Below, piece by piece: positions 1 through 14,417 of a stretch of DNA of 64,000 nt. The DNA comes from Bigelowiella natans CCMP2755. Taxonomy: Eukaryota > Protista > Cercozoa. The position numbers and the translations under genes are program-made. How positions within the stretch are numbered: position 1 is the first letter of the stretch; each line of letters begins with the position of its first letter. Where the stretch lies: assembly GCA_000320545.1 (NCBI GenBank), contig ADNK01000149.1:1-64000 (forward strand), read 5' to 3'. Under the pieces are notes generated by a model. The model was not told the origin of the DNA. It searched no databases and saw only the letters and a list, made by a program, of their open reading frames with translations.

Positions 1-639
1 AGGTTTTTTTTTTGCTTCTACACGGTTATTTCTCTCCTCTACTTATCCAGCGGCACGCAATGTCGAGAGCCGCTAACACTAACCAGGGGGTGTTATTTCT
101 CACCTGGGAGTCTTTTGGGACAAGCCGAGCTCCTTTTCTCCCCCACCTTAAAATAAATATATCCCCCCTGAAATAGGCCCCAAAGGGGGGGAATGAGGGG
201 GAAACAGGGGGGGGGGGTATTATCCCCCTTTTTTCTTCGCGGGCCCCGGTTTTAATTTTCGGGGGAATTTTTTTGAAAAGAAACCCCTTTCCTCTTTCGC
301 CCCCCCATACTTTGGGAATAAATAAGGGGGGGGAAAAGAAAAGGAAGGGGAGGGGTTTGGGGTTTTTTAAAAAATTTAATAAAAAATTTTCTTTTTCCCC
401 CCCCCCCCCCCCCCCCCCCCCCCCTCTCTCTCTCTCTCAGCCTGAGAGTATGCGTGTGGTAGTGAGAACTGTACCTTTATTTCACTTAGTTGCCTTCAAA
501 TAGCTGTTCGATGCCCATAACACAGTAAGGATCATTGCTCATTTGTTGCTGATATTCGTAATTCTTTACTCTCATTATACCTTTGAACTCTTTCTAATAA
601 CATCATTCTCCATCCAAATTGTAATCGGTTATGCTACAA

Positions 640-935
640 CGCAGCTAGATGTTTTGTGAGATATTTATAACATAAAGCGTCTCATCACCGTGTTCTTCTT
701 CAACGCCATTCTCGCCTGGCACCATAATCATCACCATCCTTGTCGTCTGCTCGGTAGGTACGACGTTAATGTCCAATGTGGGGAGCAGATCACGATTTAT
801 GAGCCTGCGATGGTTACTGGGGTGAGCATTCCAGATGTGACAGAAGAAGAAGAAGAAGAAGAAGAAGAAGAAGAAGGAGAGGAGAAGGAGGAGAGGAGAA
901 GGAGGAAGAATAATATAATATCTATAATATCTACT

Positions 936-972
<37 letters not shown>

Positions 973-1574
973 AATTGCGTGGGCATTTGAACTGTCACCA
1001 GATATTATAAAGCACTGATTGTTATTGAGTTGTATGTTTGAGACCAGCACGTCTAAATAATAATGGTACTTTTACCATCGATGGAATCCCTCCTCCTCGC
1101 CCCCATCCCCATTCTCGTATCCTCCTCCTCCTCCTCCCCCTCTTACTCCTCCAGGCCAGCATCTACCTTGCATCCCAGCACTTCTTACATATGGGAGGGT
1201 AAGCAGAGCCTCCATCAATATGAACATATGCCCCACCGGATGTGATGGAATCATAGCTTCAGCAATTCATCGACATCGATGAGATTATGATGATTATGAT
1301 GATGACGATGATAAATATGATAATGCGAGTGATAATGGCCATGCGGATGGCGAAGTTACGATGCCCTCCCCCTCCGCTTTCAATGTGTTCCCACATCATT
1401 CGTTTACCTGCTTCTATCTGCAATCGCGCTAGGATATCTACGGATGGGAAAGGCTGCTCAGCAGGGGGCGGAGCTGGGGTGGGAGAATACCCACAGCAGT
1501 ATACAACGAGTTGTGCATCCGGAGGTGGCGGCCATGCGGTTGGTTCTTATTTTAAGTAGTAGTATTAGGAATTG

Positions 1575-1611
<37 letters not shown>

Positions 1612-2062
1612 TAGATGTTGTTGTTGTTGTCTTCAATGTGTCCTCCCCCCTCCTTCGTCTTCTTCGTCATTGTCGACCTCCTCAGGGTCAGGGTGGGCCA
1701 GGCAACCCATATGCCGTCGCTACAGGGGGGTTGATCTACCCCGGGATGATCGGAGGATACTTGACAGCGGGCTCAGGTTGGTTGTACTTGCGAAGAATCA
1801 ACCAATCAATCAAATCAATGAGTGTTACAGCTACTATTCTTCCTACTGCTGACAACCATTCTTCTTCTCTTCCAATCGATAAGGGAGCGGAATCTCCAAT
1901 GCGAGCACCTCAAGCTCTGGCGGCTATGGTGGCGGTGGAGGGGCCATCAAGATCGAAGTGGATATTGAGATTGCTGTGTTAGGGTAGGAGGAGCTGCAGG
2001 AAAATTGACTTAGTGCACAAAATGATAATACAAGGAGAAGAAGAAGAGACTCGTTTATGTAG

Positions 2063-2099
<37 letters not shown>

Positions 2100-2302
2100 C
2101 ATCACCGGATCCGTAAATTCAAGCGAAACAAACATTGGTGATTGTAGTCGTCCTGCTGTGACATGGCCAACGCCTCCTGTATAGTATACCTTGAGAACTT
2201 GTTCAAAATTTGCTGTTCGACTGTTAATGTTACATGAGTGAATGAACGATTCTTTCTTACTCTTCTCATTTCTACATCATCTCATTTTCTCTCATTCATT
2301 CA

Positions 2303-2394
<92 letters not shown>

Positions 2395-3144
2395 TATCAC
2401 CCTTCCTTTGATGATGTTTAGGTCAATTAGTTCCGATGGAGAAGTTGGACAGGTTCTCCTTCCCCCGTGCTGTTGCCTAGTAGTAGCTGCCGCTACTATC
2501 ACTTTCTGACTTATATTCTTATATTGGGAAAACTAGAAACAATAACAACAACAACAACAACAACAATAACAACGTCCATGAACGATGTACATCTCGAAAT
2601 GTGATCGTCGTCGCTATTGCCATCGTCATCGTCATCATCATGACCATCATTCTTTTTGTCATCATAATACCCAGGGCATGCAGTCTCCCTTTTGTGCTAT
2701 CGGAGGGGGAGCTGGAGGTTGTATGCTTTCTTGACTACTACTACTCATCATCACCACCACCATCATCATGTCATCATCGTCGTGATCTATCGTTATGTAA
2801 CCCCACCCTATAATAACTACCACACCGCCACTAACAATAGCAATCGTGATGACCTATCTTCCGTAATCATCGTTAGGGAGCGTTCATATCAAGGCATATG
2901 AGATCACATCACAGCCGGATGCGGTACAGGCGAAGATTAGTGCTGCGGGGGGTGGGGGAGGTAGGTTGCTTATTGAATGATATGAGTAGTGATGATGCTT
3001 GCTTCATTGGTTGGCCTCTTGATTACCTCGAAATAATAGAAAAAGAAGAAGAAGTAAAAGAGAATCAAGGGGATTGTGTGGGTGAGATTGAGGGGGATAT
3101 GGGTGTATGTGTGTGTGTGTGTGTGTGTGGAACAACACACACAC

Positions 3145-3213
<69 letters not shown>

Positions 3214-4237
3214 CATAGACAAACATGCTCCTCCCATTCGCTAATCAATCTCTCTTTTCAAAGGTGACGGAATCGGCAATGGTGGAGGAGGAGGGGGCTA
3301 TGTAATCTTGGAGTTGCCGTACGACGCCAAGACCTCATATTTCAGGCAGCTGCAGGCTGATAGAATCACCGTTGGAGGGTATGGGCATCTACAATGTATC
3401 ACTGCTGCTTCATTTGATCATATTCTATGTAACTACTTCAAATAAAACACCACCTTTCTGTTACGGCACTCCCCCATGCACGATCCAAAGCATTTCATCC
3501 TTCACAGGCAACACACCGTCATCATCAGCATCATCATCCACCACCATCAATACAGCATTTCTGACAAATATACGTCATTAGCGGTGAAACGAGGTTTCCG
3601 CAGGGGAGAGGGGAGGACGGGGGCATCTTGCGTATTCCTTCATGTCCGTTGGGGAAGGAGGGCATCCTCTGCTCGCCTTGTGATCCAGGGTACTTTAAAA
3701 CTTACTAACAACAACAACAACAACAACAGCCACAACAACAACAACTACTACTTCTACTACCCCCTCCCTCCCCGATTGATTGCTCCAAACGACGACAACA
3801 TCATCGACACATCATCAGGTATTATCGTAGTAACGTGTCCAAGTTCTCATGCTCCGAGTGCCCTCCCGGCACGTACGCTCCGAAGAATGGTGACGACGCG
3901 CACACGATGATTTGCACTTAATTTCATGCGTGTTTTTTTTAAATATTATCTTCTTTATCCCGCACCTGCCCTCCTCTTGACGGCGATGATGGACGAATGG
4001 TGGGCATGAATCATTAGGGACTGCTGAATGCACGCTGTGTGATGTCGGGCACTTCTCTTCACGCATCGCTGCGATGTATCCATGTGAGTAGTGTGACCGT
4101 CGGAGAGAAAGAGGAGAAAAAAAGAAGGAGAAGAAGAAATAGGGTGATGGTGAGGATGATGACGACGATGATAATAATCATAATGATCACAGTCGGGGAG
4201 GGGTAATTATGGTAAATAAGTAATGGCCGAGGACGTA

Positions 4238-4278
<41 letters not shown>

Positions 4279-5031
4279 GTGTTACCTGCTGTGCTTGGGG
4301 GTATAATCCCTCTCCGACTGCTGCTCCGTAGATTGTTTGTCGTTTGCTCCTCAATTTAAAGTCTACATCCATCCATCCATTCGCCTTTTGGGCATATCGT
4401 CTCCTTCCCCCATCCCTCCCCCCTCCCCAAAAGGTGACCCTTGTGCAGCGGGCACGTACGCGCAGTATCCTGGTCAAGCCTACTGTAACATCTGCGAAGC
4501 TGGCAGGTACGACGAAGAAGAGTCATCATGCTTTTGATTCTGATTGCTGCTGCTGCTGCATATTAATCCAATCCATGAATATAAACGATCTCCTCCTTCA
4601 ATCTTCTCCTCACACTCCTCCACCTCCTCCTCCTCCTCCTCCTCCTCCTCCTCCTCTTTCTTGCGGATTCGTTCTCCTCTAGTTACTCGGAGGAAGGCGC
4701 AGATGAGTGCAAGGTGTGTGACCCCGGCACATACCGAGGCCCTACAGACCCCGGTCAGTTTTAATGAGAAGCTCCTACACAGATACTAGCAGAAAGGCCA
4801 TGTGGAGAAGAAGGAGGAGGAGAGGGGGTATACGTATATGGGTACTAAGAAGATAGTATCAACCGCAGATGGGGATGTGAAAATTAATTCCGAATGAACA
4901 TTCTTACATAAATAAATGAGGTTGTGATCTCCTCCTCCTCCTCCTCCTCCTCCTCCTCCTCCACACCATCGTTATCAATATCATCATCTCCATAATCACA
5001 CAGGAAATAGCTGCATCAAGTGCCCCATCGG

Positions 5032-5064
<33 letters not shown>

Positions 5065-5239
5065 GTAATAGCAGCAGTAGCAGTATAGTAGTAGGGTGCG
5101 GTGGAGGTTGATTTGTGATGTGATGTGGTGTGTGTGTGTGTGTGCTGTTGCTATCACATTACCAAAGGTTATTCCCTATTATTTGCATGAACGATACTAC
5201 CCCCCCCCCCCTTACCCCCTTTGCTAGAGTCGTGGTGTC

Positions 5240-5294
<55 letters not shown>

Positions 5295-6509
5295 TGTCCC
5301 TCCCTCCTCACTCCCATCGCTACTCTCTCACTCTTTATCCTTCCCACATTATTCAGATATTACTCCCAAGCGAACGCTTCGTCATGCCTTGAATGCAACA
5401 ATCTTCCTGAGTATTTATTTATTTGTTTCCACACGGGGAGGGGGGGGAGGGGGTGATAGAGAGAGGGGAAGCATTTCTTGAAATTCAGACGACAGTACCA
5501 CCACCATTATATAGTTGCTTATAACGGTGCATAGTGATAATTGAAGTGATGATGTTGTTTTCATTGCGGTATTATTTCTTGATGTTTTACGAAAAAACAC
5601 CACCACCATCATCATCATCATCATTGTCGCAACAACAGAAACGCCAAATGGGGTGGCCACAACGATTGCACATACACGTGCAGGTAGGTGTGAAGTTGTA
5701 GCAGCCATTTATATGCAAATATATCTGTGTTCTCATTTGGTTGATGCATTAGTGAGTATACATGTGCATGTTTGTATTTCCATCCCTCGACCAAAAACAA
5801 ACATTTACGTTTATCATCATCACCATCATCATCTGGCAGGAGGGGTCACATGAGGGAAGGCAGTGATTGCGTGATTCCTTTGGAGGCATTACTTTCAAAG
5901 CTAGGAGGGGTTGTTTATATGCGAATAATATATTGGAGACGCGCATTAAATGAAGAAGAAGAAGAAGAGGATTGTGGAACCATGCTCTCATCCAGCTCCT
6001 CCCCCTTCCCCCCCCCCGTTTCTCTCTTTCCATTTTCGACCACACCTTTTTCCTTTCTTGCACACTCGTGCTGCTACCACCTACTACTGCTACATAGCTG
6101 CTCTGCTACACTGCTGCTACTGCTACTACTAATGTTATGCTTACGTAATTTCGAAAAAGGGTCGTCATCATTCCCTAATTCCTCTTCACTGATCTCCCCC
6201 TCTGCTGTATGTAGGTCGACTACGTAGCTATCACCATCGTAGGAATATTGGTGGTGTCACTGCTTCCATTTCTCTTGTGCTGCCCCTGCGAGCCATGTGA
6301 GGGGCTCAGAGGAGGGGGCGCAAGGAAACGGGATACGGGGGGGGGGACACGAGAGAATGAAGACTCCGAGTACACCGAGAACGGACTCGACCCGCTGCTC
6401 AACGTCTCCACGCAAGACGCCAAGCTAGAGAGCTTTGATGCCCATCGCGTTTCGGTAACAACCAATGGCAAAAGTAGCAGTGGTGGTGGAAGTATTCGAT
6501 GTGTTGGGC

Positions 6510-6540
<31 letters not shown>

Positions 6541-7595
6541 TTTGATTATTATCATGTATATATTGGCAAGTCACAGTATCATGCATTCGCTGTTTGTCTG
6601 GGGAAACAGCGACGAAACAAAACAACAACAACAGCAACAACAACTAATTGTTAGGCCACTGGAAAACGGTCGCACCACACCTCGATGTGCATCAGACCGC
6701 AAGAGGTAGTAGTAGTAGTACGTACGTACGTACGTACGTACACACGCACAGGCACGACAGGGTATTATTGAAGACAGCAACACGCTCCATCACCATTATT
6801 CACGCCTTCTCTACCATCGGTCATCCAAGGGTGTTTCTCATCGTCATCATCATCATCATCATCATCAGGTTCACTTGCTGATGCATCGAATCTACCTCCA
6901 CGGTGCCAATATACCGTCATCTCCTTTGCATATCAATCCAAGAGACGTGCCGATGAACGTGGTAGTAGCAGCAATTGTAGTACTATTCTCCTCTATACAT
7001 AGTAACCGGACGAAGTAGGAGATCGCCATTATTACTGACATCATCAGCACCATCAGCATCGCTATAATCGCATATTTGTATTTCGCTGATCCATGGTCCA
7101 ACCACACCAAATGGCTTCTCCTCCTCCTCCTCCTCCCCCCCATCATCCATCATACATCATCATGAATCTTCAACAAACAATTCAATCACACTCAGGGAGT
7201 CAATCTAGATTCGTTCGAGAAGTTCTGCGAAGCTCTTAATTTCGTGAGTGTTCCATAGTGAAGGCATCAATTAGGGGGAAAGGGGGGGGGGGGGGGGGAG
7301 TGAACACGTGCGACAATGAAAGAGAGCAGGAAAATCCAGTTTGTATGATGATGAATTATCATAGCGCTGCATGTGCGTATAATGCATGGAGTCTTATGTC
7401 GTACGTATGCACCAGGTTTCGCATTGGTCTCGATGGGAATCAAGGGTATGATGATGATGATGATGATGATGGTGATGATATAATAACAACGCTAGGAGTT
7501 GTTGTCTGTCTGTGGATGGTGATTGCACGTGGTGTGCGTATCTGTGCAGTCGTCTTTCGTTGATGATGGGCGTCGTTATGAATGATACACAATGT

Positions 7596-7638
<43 letters not shown>

Positions 7639-8420
7639 GATATATAGCTGTGAAAACAACACAACGACAACACTAACAACCCTCTCACCATCGCGATCAT
7701 TCACTAATTATTACTACTCCTACTCTTACGTTTCAGGCGTACACTATCTTCTCCCTTCTATACTTGCCGCTTGCTCAGTGGTAGTTTCTTGTTGCTGCTC
7801 TGCTGCTGCAAAACACAGCAGAACATCTAGAACATAACAAACGACATCTGACCACGCACACAGAAAGATGACGGCACTGTTGTGCATGTATGTCGTCTCA
7901 CAATACGCTCTCATTTCTCAGGTATTTGCTTCGAAAGCAAGAGTCCAAGATAGAAAAGTCATGCCAAGATCAACAACAACAAAACACACACCGATAATAA
8001 GGAGAAACCATCAGTACTCGCAAGTGCCGATATTCTCAAATGGACTTATAAAAACACACACACACACACACACTACGCATACAATAAATAAGTGCTTTCA
8101 CGTGTGTTTGTTTGTGTCGATGCAAGGTAATGATTGTGAACTCCCCTCCCCCCCCCACCCCCCTCTGTCCTCCTCCTCCTCTTCTTTTCGTGCGGTGCGC
8201 GTTGTTCTTCTCAGAATCAAGAAGTACATCTCCGGATACAATCACGAGTTCTTCCGCAACTACCATCTTCGGATGGTGGGGAATTCGCTGCGCTTTGGAC
8301 ACACAAAGGCCGATACGTTCGGCTGGATCGATTTTGTAGCGCCCAACGAGACTACGATGTACGAGGTAGGTATTGCTATCTGGATTCGTGACATTTACTC
8401 ACGCGCGCGTAGACCCGAAA

Positions 8421-8454
<34 letters not shown>

Positions 8455-8707
8455 CACAGACTGGAAAAATGTCCTTGCTATTAACATCTGTGGTGGATGA
8501 TGATGATGATGCTGATGATGCTGATAACGTTGATGATGCTCTATCTCTTTTCTAGCTTTCTCATCTTTCTTCATTTCACCATCATTATCATCATCGTCAT
8601 GTCATCTGTTTACCGACTACTTAGATAACGGACGGCGTCCAGAGTCTCCCACTTGTCATAACATGCTCTGGCTCGGGTGAGGGCTTATTGAATGAATGAG
8701 CTCTTAG

Positions 8708-8738
<31 letters not shown>

Positions 8739-8873
8739 CGACGACGATGATGGTGATGATGACACTTCTTTGTTTCTAATGTTTCAGGTCTATTCTCCGA
8801 CCCATTTCGCTTGGACGTAAGGGCATTATTGATGATGATCACTGCGAGATTTTGTGATTTAATATGTGTTACA

Positions 8874-8941
<68 letters not shown>

Positions 8942-9238
8942 GGAGAGATAGAGCATGTATGTGTTGAGAGCATAATTAAGCAATGACATAGATTTTGTAA
9001 TATGTACATCTTTATCATTCCCTCTCCCTCTTCCGCCTCTGAACGTTATTTTTGGTTACTTTTGCAACAAATCACTAGGTGGAGGATAACCTTATGAAAG
9101 CCATCATTCGCTCCATTGGAAACGCAGGTCAGTTGGATGTAGGGGGGGGGGGGGGGTGAGGGAGAATAGAGATTACTCTAGCAGCATCCAAAGCAGGGAA
9201 GGCGGAGAACCTGCAAACAGTTTTACAAGGCAACATGC

Positions 9239-9279
<41 letters not shown>

Positions 9280-10543
9280 CTTGCGTGTACTTGTGGATGA
9301 TCTCCTAATTCTTAGCGAAAATACACACCTCCCCACGCACACAAACACACACACGTACAACCATCATCGTAGGGCCTCAAATAGCAGTTCTTAACTCGCA
9401 TCTGCGTACGGTACATGCCGGTAACTACTCGTCGCTAATGCGAGCGAAGCGGTACATTCCAGTCATCAACTCAGCCAAAAGCCTCAAAAGGAAGAATCTG
9501 TTCTTCTCTCTTGGCGTCAGGGTCAGCAAGAATTCTATGCAATGCTGGAAAGTTTTGCGGTGTTGTCTGATGCTTTTCCTTTCAAACTCGTTTCTCTTTC
9601 CGTTGTGGCGCTGCCATGCAGCTTTCTTGCTTATTTTCTGCTGTTGGGATCGATGCCGTATGGATGGTGTGGTTGGGGTCAATATAATTATTGATGGATA
9701 TATGTGGTGATGGTGGTGGACCATGCAGGTCTCTACGCAGCTGATGCCGATCGATTCGAGATACTCAGTTGTCGGGTAGTAGATGATGCTGATGATGATG
9801 ATGATGAGGAGGAGGAGGAGGAGGGAGCAGTGTTGTCGTACTACTACGACTACTACTGCTACAACTAGTAGTATATGGGCGTGCATGCAGATATATGTAC
9901 TCTCCCTCTCCCTCTCCCTCTCCCTCTCCCTACACGTATACACATAAGGTAGCATTGAACCATATTTTCAAATGACGTATCCTCCCCCCTCTCTTTCTTC
10001 TTCTGAAGATACTGGCGGCCAGTGCTCATTCTCAAGCAGCGTAGTAGCGAGGCAGCTGCTCCCCCTCACCAGGCTGGGCCACAACTGGGCAGCATTTATG
10101 GAAACAATAATCAGGTTGTTGGCGTCGTCACCGAGAAGAAGCAGCGCCTCCCCACAGACGACGACTTCCATTTTCCAAGCGATAACAATAACAACAACGG
10201 GGAAAATGCTAGCAAGCACCTCCACACAAACGGCGTAAAACAGCAGCTAGGCAATGCGGGAGACCAACAGCAGTTGTTCTCTGCACGGGAGGAGCGATAT
10301 CGTAAGAATGAAGGTGGTAGGGGCAACAGCAGAGATGGGGACGACGGAGCACCTGCCTACGGAGGGCGTGGCGCTGGTAGACGAGGGGGGGGACGAAACG
10401 GTCTCTCTTCGCTATCTGATGCAATGTCAGATGAGGAGGGCGGGGAGGAGTTGCCAATTGAGGAGGAGGAGGAGGAGAAGGAGGAGGGTAAAAGGCGTCG
10501 ACGAAAGACTACGGCATCTCTCATGCAACGAAGCCTCGGTGAT

Positions 10544-10575
<32 letters not shown>

Positions 10576-10996
10576 TCATCATTATCATTATCATCATTAT
10601 CCTGCTCTCTCTCAACTCCCTCTCTCTCTCTCTCTCTCTCCCTCCCTCTCCTCGCAATAATACACAGGTACCGAGGAACCACTTACCAGCACCCGGAGTG
10701 TGCGGAGCCATCACCTGCGTAATGCAGCAGATCAGCCAAACCAGTTGTTCCAAAAAAACGTGAGCAGCAATAAACTTGGCAGCCTTAGCATGAGAGGGCC
10801 TCATCAGCATCAACTTCATCATCAAAACCGTCATCACAATCGTCATCATCCTTTCTCTTCCTACACTCACCAGCAGCAGCACCAGCACCACCAGGCACAA
10901 CAACAGCAGCAGCAGAATGAGAATAATCAGCAGCAGCACCATCAACAAGCACCCCCTGTACCACCACCACCAGCAGCTCCCCAACCACCACAGTCT

Positions 10997-11034
<38 letters not shown>

Positions 11035-11373
11035 CACCACCGTTACTAGTCTCGAGACGCAAGCTACCATGAACCCACCGCAACAAGGCAATTATGCATT
11101 TATTATTACCACCAACTGATAACTGTGCTGTCTTATAATAGAGTATCCATATATGCCATAGTGTGTGAGAATTCCTACGCATTATCAGCAGATCTGCTCC
11201 ATAGTAACAAGAGGCGCGCTGCGGAAGGGGGAGGGAAGCAGCAGCAGCAGCAGCAATTGTCCTCGCACGACTCTAAGGGCGGGGGATTCTACCACTTCAA
11301 CGACATGAGGAAGGTTATCTAATCCTCCTCCTTATCAGGATAATGAGAGTATAGTGCTTTGTAGATTATTATC

Positions 11374-11413
<40 letters not shown>

Positions 11414-11744
11414 GATTGCTCCTTCTGCTGTGCTGGTCGATCAGATAACGAGTGTAAGTAGCATTGGCTTCTCGGATTCCCGTGCGCTCTCTACACGTCA
11501 GTCGCGCAACAACTCCGGGCAGTTTGGAAGGCAGCGATTGGCCAGCTACACAACCCTCACATCAGATATGGAGGACGAAGACGACGATCCTGACCCTGGT
11601 GGCGATGATACTAGTAGCAGTGGTAGAGAAGCAGTGGTGGTATTTTTATATCGTTGTTGTTGTAATAGAAGATGTGGTAAGGAGCAGCTCATATCGCTTC
11701 GCGACCATTCTGAGATTTTCTGTGATTGACAAGTACATATATAG

Positions 11745-11787
<43 letters not shown>

Positions 11788-12990
11788 TCATATTTGTATA
11801 TATGATGGGTAGATGGGAGGGGGAGACTGCGTCTTGGCTGGTGCTGCGGTGGTGACTTCTACTACATGTTCTGTTCCAATGCTTCTCTTCGCTCCACGGC
11901 GGAGGTTTTGGTACGTTCATTCACTATAGAATGGAGATGATGATGATGATGATGAATGATGATGATGATGAATGATGGTGGTGATGGTGGTGGTGGTGGT
12001 GGTGGTGAGACGACGGGAGAAGAGGCACAAACACGCCCTCCCACGCACACGTGTGTGCTGCTGTTTCCAGCTTGTTAACTCACATGTCACGTCGTGTGTT
12101 TTCATTTCTCGCATAATTGACTGATAAAATACATCGCTCGATCGTCGTCGTTAGGTTGTCACAGGGGTGATTGTGCTGATGATCCTCCTAGAACTTTCTC
12201 TTTTCCTGCAATACTCATTGCTCGGCCTCGTTCCTGACACCGGGTGAAGCAGCAGCAGCAGCAGCATTCAAACACATCGTGCAAAAACGAATTCTTACTT
12301 TTTTTCGCAACGAGGGGACAAACAAGTTGGTCGATTTTCCTGCGAGCGAAGGAGGGACCCGTTAATAGATAGATGACACGTCTTGTCGCAGGAAGAGTAT
12401 CGAATACAACGAGAGAGGGAGAAGCACTACAAGTGCAGTTTGTTGGGGGATTATCTGGATTATTGTGACAGGAGGTGCTGCTTCTCTCTACTCTCAAACT
12501 AATCCACGACCCCCCCCCCCCCCCCCCTCCTCCTCCTCCTCTTCATTATTATCATTAGGTTCCTGCCATTGCTTTTGTTCCCGATGAATCCTTACCTTGC
12601 TATATTTTCATCGATATTGGGGGTAGGTATTGATGATTATTGCGGTATCTTCTAACGTACGATGATGGTGGTGGATCTCTAGCGAATATTGTCACAATTT
12701 TCGCAAAAGTTGCATCTGCACGCTTTTCTCATGCTCTCAAAGTCCAAATATGACCTCTTAGTATATACTCTACGCTGTCTTCTTCTTCTCCCACTGATGC
12801 CTTCTCTTTCTCTTTCTCTTCTCTTCTCTCAATACAGGTGGCACTGGCATCTCCACGACTGCTGCGAAACTCTGCAGTTTTACTCGCATATTCTCTCATC
12901 AATAGCTTGGTCAATTTTCTTGTGGCCAACAACAGTAATATTAGATGACTGCATACAGCGCAACGCACGCACACACGTATAAATATTATG

Positions 12991-13021
<31 letters not shown>

Positions 13022-13128
13022 GTAAAGACATGTATATTTTTACAATATAAATAATATTCATTTAATATAAAGTACAGTTTTCTAAAATAAACAACTATTT
13101 CGGAGAGCTTTTGTTGTGAGTACACGAG

Positions 13129-13161
<33 letters not shown>

Positions 13162-13544
13162 ATGGGGGGATGGGAAAAGGAATTTATGTTTTTGGTTTCT
13201 CTAAAGATTTTCTTCCTTGAATGCCTGTGATTGTGTACATGTGTACGTGTGCATTGCATGCGCTCGTGGTTGTTGTCGATCGATTTATGAGAGACTTCTT
13301 CCGTGTTGACATCCTCGCACTATACAACAATACAACAATAATAACTGCGACAACAACGAAACAACTGCTACTGTCATTCCCTTGCTGATCCTCCCCCATC
13401 ATCATCATCATCATCATATTCATCCTCCTTCTCCCCCTCTCCCTCCCCTCCTCATCCTCGCTCAGATGTAGGGTTGCCCACAATCCAGTTTTGCGTGATC
13501 CAGACCGTATTTATCGTCATCAGCATCATCGTCATGAGGATGTA

Positions 13545-13584
<40 letters not shown>

Positions 13585-13605
13585 ATTGTTAGTAAATATA
13601 ACACG

Positions 13606-13641
<36 letters not shown>

Positions 13642-13766
13642 ACACAAATATGATGCCAATCTTCTTCTTCGCCAGGTATGTTTCGCATGTTGACTACCAC
13701 CGAGATCTGTACTATATCTCCAAGTCCGACGAGTCGCAGCGACGGGCCCCTGTCATTATTGGGGTA

Positions 13767-13801
<35 letters not shown>

Positions 13802-14294
13802 CAAACAGCTATATTGACCACACAACACCACCGTAGTTTATTTGATGACGAACGACGATAATTTGGGGGAAAGCAAAGACATAGTCAGAAGAAAGCAAGA
13901 GAAGAAGCAGAAGAAAAAAGAAGAAGAAGAAGTAGAAGAACCGACATGGAACACCAGCACGATGATTAGTTGCATTCAGAAATGGGGAAATGGTAGAACC
14001 GATGTTTTGCCGTTGCAATATACATAATTATTCGAGGCATGAATCCCATGAGAGAGTGGGTGCTTGTGTACGTGTGTGTGTATGTGTCTGTGTAACATAT
14101 CTTCGATGGCGATAAAAAAGGTAAAAGATGGGCGGCTAGTGCTGCGACATAGAGGAGATAATTCGATGGGATTGTTCGATGGTGATACATCATTCGTGGC
14201 ACAGCAGCATCAGCAGCAGAGCGGATTCTTCAATCGCATGGCCTCCAGACAGAAATTGGAATCGAAAATGCTCGCGAGCCAACATTTGAACTAA
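640..14294 (+). CDS. Large multi-exon Gly-rich / Cys-rich (ephrin-receptor/TNFR-like repeat) multi-pass membrane protein, resembling the plant At4g32920/At5g11700-type family; 5' end may lie upstream, ends approximate
   Basis: Exons read by eye: GSG..GGYGGGG-AIKI (1884-1982), ISAAGGGG (~2935), GNGGGGGYVIL (~3275), CSECPPGTY (~3850), CDPCAAGTYAQYPGQAYCNICEAG (4437-4508), CKVCDPGTY (~4705), CLECNNLPE/NAKW..CTYTC (5380-5690), CVIPLEALLSKLGG then TM (5867-6270), GYNHEFFR...FGWIDF (8233-8335), LPLVITCSGSG (~8645), IAVLNSHLR (~9380), further TM exons 12155-12910. The order matches my recollection of this family; not database-verified. Confidence 0.7.
2306..2392. repeat. Representative intronic microsatellite (TC)n(AC)n; well over a hundred (AT)n, (GA)n, (GT)n, (CAT)n, (GTA)n, (CAG)n tracts occur across the window
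   Basis: Directly visible; concentrated in introns and low-complexity exons, absent from the retrotransposon. Confidence 0.95.
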
Positions 14295-14330
14295 CAATAA
14301 ACAAAAACCGTAGCCTCTTACGTTCTGCAA

Positions 14331-14361
<31 letters not shown>

Positions 14362-14381
14362 GTGTGTGTGTGTGAGAGAGA

Positions 14382-14417
<36 letters not shown>

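Noticed and set aside
1-420. Homopolymer-rich (G/C/T/A runs) stretch at the window start, including ORF 273-503
   Set aside because: Looks like low-quality long-read consensus or contig end rather than biology; no coherent coding signal.
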